DNA of 64,000 bases. Origin: Nageia nagi (Eukaryota > Plantae > Pinophyta). The notes beneath the pieces were generated by a model, which was not told the origin of the DNA, did not search any database, and saw only the letters and a list, made by a program, of their open reading frames with translations. A program made the translations under genes and the position numbers. Position 1 is the stretch's first letter. Every line of letters starts with the position of its first letter. This document shows, in pieces, positions 38,620 through 49,661 of this stretch. The DNA is taken from contig JBITNC010000001.1 in assembly GCA_050084985.1 (NCBI GenBank), positions 103,168,001 to 103,232,000 of the forward strand, given 5' to 3'.

Positions 38620-40433
38620 AAATATAATTGTATGAATATAAGGGATATGGAATTTATCTTTTGGATAAGCTTTGTTGATATCCCTAAAATCTATGTAATA
38701 TCTTATCTCACCATTTGACCTTATAATGATCACAACATTAGAAACCCATGGAGAATAATCTATTGGTTTAATAAACCAAATTACTAAATACTTCTTAATT
38801 TAATTCTTATCAAATGAAGTAATTGTATGATGCATCTTTCTTATCTTTTATACGATGAGTTTAGCATCATCTTCTATAACCAAACTATGAGTAACAAAAT
38901 TCAGATCCAAACCAAGAATATACTCATAAGACTTGTTGACGCTTAATTTCTACCCCCTAGTTTTTTTAGTAAATTATAATATTAATTTTGTATTATTATA
39001 ATGGTATATTTCTTGTATTTTCTTATTCATTCACTTTCTCATGTAATGTTATCTATTATTGTGCAATGTACACTAGCATCAACATTGGCTTGTAGGCATG
39101 CATTATGGTGGTTCTCTTGCATATACATAAAGGTAAGTATGATACATTTAAAATATAATGAGGATATATAAATCTTTATATTCAATAATAATTTAAAAAT
39201 ATGAACAAATTTATCAACAACAAAGTACAATCACAAAACAAACCAAAATTGTCAAACTGGTAGTTTATACTATAGCAAATATGTGATGAACAAAATGGAA
39301 AACTTAATAAAAACTATGGGGTGTTATATACCATTTTAAATCTATTGAAAATACCTTTTTATTTACATATGGAAATATACAAAAGGATCTATAAATCTCT
39401 ACTACTTCTTAATAACACAAGACACTATTGTTTATAATTTTGAAAATGACATAATGATAGTATTACAAACAATGGCTTGTGTGGTGTTGATTCTAAAAAA
39501 ATGTATGATATGTTGTATATAAATGTAAATGTATTAAAACCATATTTTTAATTATTCAATACCCATAAAATTTTGAGATTTGTAACAAATTTATAATCCT
39601 TACAAGATCATGAAATTTTTGATAAAACATTTGGACTGCACTCACAAAAATTACATAACTTATAGAATGAATTTTTCTATTGCATACTATGCCAATTCAT
39701 TATAGACTATCACAATAAGATTAATTTACTCTATTCTAACCTGATATAAATATTCTAAATATATTACATAAAAAAGTAATATCCAACAAATATTACAAGA
39801 TAAAATATTCCTATAGTTACATATTCTAAAGTTACAAGTGAGGGACAAATTCATTTTACTAACTTGGAACTAACACATGGTCAGCATAATATTATAACAT
39901 TCTCCTCAACATTGATTCTAAGAGGGCTCACAAGTGTGTTTCTTAGCTTCACAAATTAATCTTTAGCCACACCTTATTGAATATGTCTGCTAGTTGATCA
40001 TGGGTGTTGTAATATCTCAATTCAACTTATTTCCTTTCCACTATATCATAAATTAAATGATACTTCATGTCAAAATGTTTAGAACTATAATGGTGGATAG
40101 GATTGTTTATAAACTAAATGGAATTCATGTTGTCATAGAAAATGAGAGTGGGATCTCTTTGTTTATTACCTATATCCTCCAACACTTTCCTAAGCCACTA
40201 AGCCTAAAAAATAGTTGTTGTAACTGTAATATACTCAACTTCACTAGAAGAGAGAGCTATTGATCCTTGTTTCCTTAAAATCCAAGTGACTAGTCTAAAT
40301 CCAAGAGAAAAATAACATCCAAATTGCTACCCTAATCTAAATCTCTAAAACCAACTAGTTCCATATCTTTACTAGGAAAATAATGCATGCTAAGTCAATA
40401 ATACCTTTAAAATACCTTAAAATTCTTTTAGAA

Positions 40434-43400
40434 TGTAACGACCCACCCAAAGACGCTTGTTAAGACTTGAATATCATCGAGAATGTGAATTTTATTGAGA
40501 TTTAATTATGTTGTGAGATAAGTAATTTTTAGTAAATATATGCATTATTTGTAGCGATTTGATACCAACTTTGAGATTTTATCACATGGGTTATAAGTTG
40601 ACTTGAGATGGGGAGTTATGTTAAATACTCAAAGGACCAAAGGTGAGTTGGTTATGAGAATAGATTGGTAAGAGTGAGAAAATGATTAGCATTGATTCGC
40701 TGACAAGTCCTGATGAACTTCGTAAATCATATAGATGCATACTACAATTATTATGCATAGTATTTGATTTTAATATTATATGTGTGTGGGTGCACTAATA
40801 AACTTATCTTGCTGGACAAAAGGATTGTCATAGGTAAAAATGTGTGTTAAAATTTGATGTGTATTTTTTAAAATTATTGCCCACTTGAGAATGAGGAAAG
40901 GAATATTCCATCATTTGAATTTAAATTTTTCAACTAGAAATCTTAGTAAATTTGGGTGGAAATAAAATAGAGGGTTAAAAGAATTTATTATCATGTTGTG
41001 GAGGTTATAAGGTTATTTTGGGATTTTGTGAAAATAATGGAGATGGGATCCCCACATACCTTGTTTCCTTATGTTAGGTGCATAAAATAATTAGACATAA
41101 TTTGTATTCTAATATAAAGGGTCCAAGTTATTTTTGAATGATGCCATACTTGCCAACAAAATTATTGAGACCTACAAAAAAATAATAAAATACCTACACC
41201 TTCCAAACAAAATTTATTGAGTTGGATGAATAGACACTTGTTTTAGCAACCATGGCTATAAATAAAGGGAGAAACCTTAGGAAAGATCACCTTATTTTCA
41301 TTTCATTCCAAATTTTGACCTAGAGTCCTGTGGAGAGAGGAATCCCCTCCTCTTAAACCCAGGTGCTCTCTCTTCCATTTTAGATATTAATGCTAAAATG
41401 CTTAGCTAAGGTGTGAGTTTATTTGATATTACTATAATTTGTTTGAAAGAATAAAAGTTTATTTAAATGTTTATGATAATATTATTGAAGAAAATTATTA
41501 TTATTAATCTTACATTAAATTAGAGACATATATTTTTTATTTATTCTTGCATGTGAAGTTTTGTACTCTTTATCTAATTTTAAATGAAAGAAGATAAAAT
41601 CCTTATTTTAAATTTTATTTGTTTAAATGAGATAAATAGTCAGAGACAGTTTTTATGTAACATACTAATATAGTGAGAAGTGACTAGTTAAGTCGTGAAG
41701 GATCACGGGAGAACTATAGTCGTTATAGGGCATAGTATACTAGGAACATAATTTCTCATCCACCCATTACATTTTCCCTAACTCGCAGGCCTTGTTCAGA
41801 GACACATTGTTCTTTTTCCTAGCTAATCCATACTTTGTTTTACATACTCCCTTGCATTCTCTTCCCTTACTACACTTAGAACATGGCGTTGAAATGGGAT
41901 CCTTGTCAAACAATCTGAAGGTCTTGTTAACGCACTAGTTTGGTACCACGTGCGATTATGGATTCTCCTGTTTTTTTCTCTACCCCCATGGTCATTATCT
42001 TCGTGAGGCAATAAGTAAATAGGAAGCTAACGCCATAATTTTCCATGAATATTTGAGTCTATTCCGATGGGCATTGATTATACAACCTAAGGAGCCTTTC
42101 AACGTAGTCGTTTCATGCATGTCCTAAGAGCATCGTGATTTGAGAACACTGCTGTGTGAATGGGCATCTAGCAAGCAAGAACTAGGTCCCTACTATATTT
42201 TTATTTCCTTCCATTAGCTCATTGTGTGGCAGAATATCACAATAAATAAACTGGTACATTTCCTGCAACCATTCCTGCTATGACAGTATGCTTTAAGTGA
42301 GGCGTCTATATTAATAACTCATAGTTTCATTTACATGCTCCATGTGAGGCTACGCTTTGATGAGGTATTTTGTTGACTGAATTTCAGGCCTTCTTAAAAT
42401 TCTCTTTGATTTAAACTTCATAACCATTATCATTCATGAATCATCCAAGAGGTTTTCCCTCCAATCATTGAGATTGCTATCGAATGGAGTACTCTATTTA
42501 GTGTTTCCCATAAAGTCTCCTCAAACCTCTTTACGTTGGCAAAGTGAAATGATATGCCACTATAGGAAATCAATATTTTTGTTATCCCTAAATTGACTAT
42601 AGAGGAATTAAAATTTAGATTTTATTTTGAGACTTAGGTTACAATAAATCTTATTTTATTGGAGACACTTTGATAATTTAAGATATTAGAGTATGAGTCT
42701 ATAATTAAAAAGAAAAACTTTTGGTAGAATATATAAATGTATGAGAATAATGTTTCTTGATATTATTACTTGATTAAGGTTTAATATGGAGTTATCAATC
42801 ATATAAATTTGTATCCATAAATATAACTCATAGTTCATATGTAGATTATTTTTCAAGGAATGTAATTGATGTGATTCACTCCATGAGATGTCCTTAAAAT
42901 TGTTTAGTGATATTTGGTATAATTGAATCCAAAATGTTCCTTCATGAATTTAGTTTATATTAGTGCAAATAGAGTATCAATACACCTTTAATAATAAACA
43001 TCTATCTTGTGAAAAATCAAACCATAGTCATTGGTGTAATTATGAATTAATTTTAATATTCCCAAATCAACCATAAACTAAGGTTATCTGATATAATCCA
43101 TATTATGTATTTGATATCATAGAAAGTGATTCATGATTCCTCAATATAAAGGTAATCTTTCTAGTGACTAAATAAGTACGAAATTATGGAAAGCACTACT
43201 AATTACCTAGATACTTGTAAGGGTATCAAATAAGATAATTTAGTGTATTTGGATTAGTTCGAAGGAAAGATGTAACCTACAATATAGGTAATGACTTATC
43301 GTAAGTGTTACAGATAATTAAGTTAAAAAGGAGAAAAAAAACTTATGACATGGTTAGAACTAATAATGTAGTGAACATGTTCTTAAGAATATTCTCTTCA

Positions 43401-44804
43401 AGGTATTGAATAGAAATGAATATAGATTTCTATGATAAAATAATATTTATATGTCCATAACCCCATAAAATGAATAATTATCTCGAAGAAAGTTACATGG
43501 ATCAAACAATGAGGTTTGAAGAAAAAACTTGAGAATGACCTAGATTAGGTGATAAGCCTTAGAAAGATAAAGAGAACTACAATCTTATCAAAGCTTGAAA
43601 TAAGTCTACAAGGATAAAATTTATGGATTGTCTCAATAATGTGGAAAAATATATAGAAAGTTCATTTTTCGTTAGGAGAACTCACTAAACGACATACAAA
43701 AGAAATATTCCTTATGTATGGACCACTTTATGCCACACTTCCTTATTAGAAGTAGTTGATTTTAGTGTCAACTCAAGGCTCGTTATTTTTTTCTAGCATG
43801 TGAAATTTCTTAAAAAGTAGTACTTTATGCATCGTATCATGCATATGGGATAATTGTACTACTCCTAAATATTCTTAGTGACTTCTTGAACAAGTTTGGT
43901 CTAAAACTTCTTGCATAAGTTAATAAATTTATTACTTGTTAGTTTTAAATGTAAAAGATGGTTTGTTTATCATGAATTTAGACTAAGGTAACACCTAATG
44001 CTTGGTAAAAGCATGAAACCTAGAAACCCTAATAATTGATCAAGGATCAATAGAACATGGGGTGGGTTTATATTAAAATCTTACTTAAAACTTACTAGAC
44101 TATACAAACCACTTGAGGGTATTGCTCCAATACCCATGGCTCCCCAAAATATGGGCATATGGGGATTCTAGACTCCATGGTGAGCCTAATTGATAGAAAT
44201 GGGCAAGCTAGTGTTTCATATCCTTGATAAGTACCAAATGAGGGTAGAAGTCGATAAAAATATGGTTATTGATTGAGGGTAATTTAGTAGTCATAATACT
44301 TACAATTTAGCATATAGAAGTATGATGATTATTCCATAGGTGATGACATTTACCTACTCATAAGGAAGTTTTCCCAGGATAAGCTATTTGGTATTATGAA
44401 TTAGAGGGTTATCATTGGGAGAGGATGTATAACCTAATGGATGAGTGTTCTCTTAGGTGATATGAGCCCCAAGTAGGAAACCACTATACCATGATCAAAA
44501 TGTTTGTTGCACAGTTAATGAGTAGAAATGGTGGGTTCACTTATGTGGCATCTCCCAACAAGGATGAGTATTATGGGTTGAACACCAGAAGGAATTTGAT
44601 CAAGGTTGGCTAATCCAAATTTGGCCAATCTTGCCATGTGAGTGTTGACTAGTTAGTAGCATTGATATGCTCATATGGATTGCCTAGTCCATTCCTAGAT
44701 CATTTGAGTATTTAAACTAATAAAAAAATCAAGTATAATTTTTTTGGATTTGTGATGTCAGGAATAGGTGAAAATATTATCAAGAAATAGGTGGTAGCAT
44801 TACA
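40434..44804 (+). repeat. 5' LTR (~4.37 kb)
   Basis: TG...TTACA immediately before the PBS; TATAAATA at 41257-41264. Confidence 0.9.
41640..42560 (-). pseudogene. Highly compressed PPR-derived cassette in the 5' LTR, antisense
   Basis: Minus-strand pieces: FKKA*NSVNKIPHQSVAS, TMLLGHA*NDYVERLLRLYNQ, CVNKTFRLFDK, NAREYVKQSMD/AR, NKACELGKM. Occupies the same LTR slot as the clear PPR cassette of LTR A. Confidence 0.6.
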
Positions 44805-44805
44805 A

Positions 44806-44817
44806 TGGTATTAGAGC
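44806..44817 (+). promoter_or_regulatory. PBS, tRNA-iMet
   Basis: TGGTATTAGAGC vs consensus TGGTATCAGAGC. Confidence 0.85.
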
Positions 44818-44939
44818 ATCAAGTTTAAACTTTCTAGCCTATGGTCCATGAATCTTTTTATTGTAAGAGTTTAGGAAGTTGATATGAGTATGCTTAAGCC
44901 TAATAACAATACCATTTTGTGGAATTAGATTATGAAATT

Positions 44940-47900
44940 CCAAAATGTGTAACAAGAGCTTTGGGCAACCTACATTGAGGTGCCAAAAATGGCCTTCCTG
45001 TGAATGCTAATGTAAGGGAAAATAGAAAGAGTGTTAGAGGTCAAAATTGAAGGAATAAAATAATGAGGAATGCCAATAAAAGGATTTCTAATAATGAAAA
45101 TGAGAGTTTTGTAAGTCGTTCCACCTAGAATAATGAAGGAGAAGAATCCATCAAAAGGTTACAAGAGAAGGTCACAAAATAATAAGAAATTATAAACAAC
45201 CTATTGAATCAGTGGGTTGAACTTCCAAGAGAAGAATCTATTCCTGAACAAATAAGGCTTGAAGGGAAAAATGACCAAATTCATGTAATAATTGAAGAAG
45301 AACTTGCATAAGACTTTAATAAAGCTCAGATCCTAAAGTTTAACAGTAAGTAAGAAGGTAAGCAAGTTGAAATATGATTCAAAGAAGTAGAGACATACTT
45401 CTTAATGAAAAAATTATCTCCAAAAACCAAAATTGTATGGGCTACCTACAACTTTCAGGATATTTTACTAGAGTGGTGGAATGCCTACAAGATTGAGCAT
45501 GGGATCTAGTACTTGAAATGGCCATAATTTATTATAGTATTCCACAAAAGATTCATTCCCCAAATCTACTATAATATAAAGTATGAAGAGTATTATACCC
45601 TACAACAAGGATTTATGAGTGTCCAAAGCTATAATCATAAATTTAATTGGCTACTCAAATATGTACCTAAAGATAAGAACCATATGAAGGTTCATAGATG
45701 TCTTGTTTGGTTAGATCCTAAGATTAAGACTATGGTGAATGTATTGAACTCCAAAACACTTAAAGAAGCATATGATATCACAAAAATGGGAGAAAGAAAT
45801 TTGGATATCAAAAATACCTTTGTAAACTACAATCTTCTAGATGAAAAAGAAAAGGAAATGTATCGAAAGAGTAAAAGTACAAAGCATCAAGCATCAAGCA
45901 TAGTAGAAAAGCAATAAGAAGATAAAGGAATATAACCATATCTATAAGGATGGGAACCTACCTAAATTTGAGAAAAGGTCATTCAGGAATAAGAATAACA
46001 AGAAAAAGAACTTTTAGAGGAAAAATCAATTATTTTGTAAGAAAAATTTTAACCATAAGAATGGAAGCCAAGGTTCCAAGAACCATAGTAAAGGATTCTA
46101 ATACCAAAGAGCCAATTACAATACATCTAAGGACAAGTTTTGATAATAGAATAAGGGTCATAGAGATGGATTTTAGAATTGTGCTGGACCTCACTATGCC
46201 AATCAATGTCCCTTGAAGGTAGATCAAATTATGGAACATCAAATTTTTATAGCCATTAGATCAGCATAGACCAAAGGACAAGCCACACCTCTTCAAATCT
46301 TTGGTAAATTTTTTGATAAATATTTTAGGATTTTGATAGATTATTATACTATAGATATTTGTATTTCAAATACATTAGTTAAATACATGTCAAAGGCATT
46401 GAATGTTTTACAAATGGATGGCAAGTGGAGTTGGGATCTAGATAGAAATACTATGTTAGACAATAATTTAGGGATGTTGAAATAGAAGTTCCTAAGGGAT
46501 ATATTATGTGGGATTTGTGTATGGTTCTCTTAGCCTCTTATGATATCATTTTAGGTATGGATTGGTTAATGACACACAAATCTATAATTGAATTCCAAGA
46601 TAGATGGCTAGAATACACTAATGTATATCAAAACCAATACATGGTGTATAGTGATCAAGGATCTTTTAATTCTTACTTTATCACATCCATGAAAGTTAAA
46701 AGAAGCATAATAAAAGGAGAGATGATTTATGCTATAAAGATTAAGGAAGTTGAGTAAGAGGATAAGGAGGTAGAACTACTAAATAACTACCCTTTGCTAA
46801 AAGAATATAAGCATGTATTCTGTGAAGATCTACCAAGATTGCCCCCAAAATAAGACTTTGATTTCTCAATAGATTTAGTTCCTAGAGCATATTCTATTTC
46901 TAGAACTTCATATAGAATGAATACTATTGAGAAGCAAGAGTTAAATGTACAATTACAAGATTTACTAGCAAAAGTGTTGAAAAAACTTAGTGTATCACCA
47001 TGGGGTGCTCTAGTTCTATTTATGAAAAAGAAAGATAGTACTTTGAGGTTGTGTATTAATTACAGGATGCTAAACAAGGTCACCATCAAGAATAGGTATT
47101 CATTACCTAGAATTGATAATTTATTCAACCAACTCAAGGATGTTTCTTTCTTCTCAAAGATAGATTTGATATCAACATACCACTAATTGAGAATTAAGTG
47201 ATCAGATACTCATAAAATAACTTTCAAAACTAGGTATGGACACTATAAGTTTGTGGTACTACCTTTTGGGTTAACAAATGCTCCTGCAACATTCATGAAC
47301 TCGATGAATATTGTCTATTAGGAGTACCTACATAAGTTTGTGATAGTATTTTTAGATGATATTCTCATATATTCAAGAAATGACAAGGAGCATAATCATC
47401 ATCTGATATTGGCTCTAGGAGTGTTGAGAAGAAATTAGTTATATGAAAAATTATCAAAATGTTACTTTTATGTTTCCCAACTTAAATATCTAAGCCATAT
47501 CATCTTTGCAAAAGGAATCTCAATTGATCCAAAGAAACTAGAAGAAATAATGACTTAAAATGCATAAAAAAATATGACTAAGGCAAGGAGTTTTATGGGA
47601 TTAGTCAGATATTATTGAAAATTTATCAAATATATTTCAAAAATAGCTAATTTAATCACTAGTATTTAGAAAAGAATAAGATGTTCAAATGGATAGAAAA
47701 ATGTGAAAATGGTTTTGCAACCTTGAAAGATACCTTACCATAGTACCGATTCTCACTATCCTTAATCCACATGATGATTTTGTAGTATACACAAATGCTT
47801 GACTAGAAGGTTTGGGTGGTGTGTTATCATAGAATGGAAACCCAATAACATTTGAATATAGAAAATTAAGAAATCATGAGCTGAATTATGCAACTTATGA

Positions 47901-49580
47901 TCTTGCATTGGTAGTTGTAGTTCATGCACTTAAGATATGGAGACACTATCTTACAGGAAAGTCCTTCAAACTTGAAATGGATCATCAAAGTTTGAAGTGT
48001 TTATTCACTTAGTCAAATCTAAATGCTTGGCAAAGGTGATGGATGAAATTCCTAGCTAAATATGATTTTAGCATTGAATACATTAAAGGAAATGAGAATA
48101 AGGAATTGAATGCTCTAATTCATAGATGACATGTCAATAACATGATAAGAAGTTAGGGTAATTTGCTTAAACAAATGAAGGTTTTATAGCAAGAAGACTT
48201 GTATTGTAATTCTATTTGGAAATTGATTAGGAGGGATACCCCATAATCCCAAGATTTTACTAAAAGGGATGGAATTCTTTATTTTAAGGATATATTAGTC
48301 ATTCTAAAGAAGGAAAATTTAGGAAGTTTGATCCTGCAAGAAGCCCATCATCCCTCGTATGCATCACATCTGAAAGGTACAAAGATGAGAGTAGACCTAA
48401 AATAAAAAATTTAATGGGATGGCATGAAAAGGGATATAGCAAAATTTATGGCAAGATATCTTGAATGTTAGAAAGTGAAGGAAAAACATCAACATCCATG
48501 TAGATATTTGTATTCATATGATGTTCCTACATAGAAATGGTAGGTAATTTTGATGGATTTTATTATTGGTTTATTGAAAACTAGATTCCATCATGACTTA
48601 ATTTTGGTAGTGGTTGATAGGTTGACCAAGGTAGTACATTTTATACCTAGAAATACCATTTACAATGCCCCCATAGTGGAAAATAAATTTTTCTATGAAA
48701 GTTTTAGATTGCATGGATTTCCTAAGGTGATCATCTCAGATATGGATTCTAAGTTCATCTCCATCTTTTGGAAATCATTGCACAAGGCATTAGGAAAAAA
48801 TATGAACATGAGTTCAACATATCACCTAGAGAAAGATGGGAAGACTGAATGAGTGAATAGAGTTCTTGAGGATATGCTCAAAATGTACTGCATGGAGTAG
48901 AAACTAAATGGGAGGATTATCTTTACTTATTCAAATTTTCCCATAATAATGGATAACATTCATCTTTAAGAATGGCCCCTTTTGAGGCTCTTTATGGAAG
49001 GAGATGCAAGACTCCTTTATCTTAGAAAAATCAAAATGATTATGTGATGATTTACCTAGAAATGTTAAAGAAAATGGAGGAGTAGCTTAAGTCCATTCAA
49101 CGAAAGCTCAAGGAAGCTACCGATCAACAAAGAGTTATGCTAATCTTAAGATAACTTCTCGAGAATTTGTTGTGAGTGAAAAAGTATTTTTACAAATTTG
49201 AACTATGAAAAGTACCATAAAGTCTACCAAATTGGATCCTTGGTTTGTTGTTCATTTTGAAATAGTCAAGAAGAAGAGTCAAATTGCTTACAAACTTGCT
49301 TTGCCACCAAGTTTGTCAAAAATGCATGATGTATTTCATGTCTCTCTATTGAGAAAGTATGTTGCTAACCCTTCTCATGTGTTGGATTTTTTTGATTTGC
49401 AAATGTTAGACCCTAATGTTGTTGAAGTTCTCCCTATTAGGATCCTAGCTTTTAGAACTAGGAAATTAAAAAGTCAAGAGATTAATGAATGTTTAATCCA
49501 GTGGGACAAGTACTTTGAATCATTTTCCACTTGGGAAGATGAATCTACCATGAGAAAATAATTTCCTTATCTATTTGAAT
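44940..49580 (+). pseudogene. Chromovirus gag-pol with C-terminal chromodomain
   Basis: YDIILGMDWL (PR); [43 protein letters not shown] and [10 protein letters not shown] (RT); VVHALKIWRHYL (RH); MDFIIGL...VVVDRLTK (INT); PIRILAFRTRKLKSQEINECLIQW...TWEDE (chromodomain). Confidence 0.92.
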
Positions 49581-49661
49581 GATTATGTCAAACATTCTCA
49601 AAACTTTATAGTTTGTATTGAAGAACACAAGGGAATGTGTTCCTTTTTAAGGGAGGTAATA

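Larger units (their letters stand above)
31450..38940 (-). pseudogene. Fragmented Tat-like pol (RT ~37630-37897 and 38620-38940; integrase ~31450-32640), interrupted by Copia B and a solo LTR
   Basis: RYYIDFRDINKAYPKDKF (ORF 38530), FGYTQIKI...FPFG*KYARVTYQRAM, HDFIIIAME*FTK, GATPFYLVYG...PLELEIPSLRV (ORF 31719). Confidence 0.8.

Noticed and set aside
41790-41812. TTGTTCAGAGACACATTG as a miR173/miR7122-superfamily-like sequence
   Set aside because: Short partial match, not kept in the 3' LTR copy.
41823-42011. ORF containing HVLSVVREENAR, reminiscent of the CMT3/MET1 motif RVLSVRENARLQGFPD
   Set aside because: Spacing differs, LQGFPD is absent, the 3' LTR copy reads DVPSVVREENAR, and neighbouring pieces fit PPR better.
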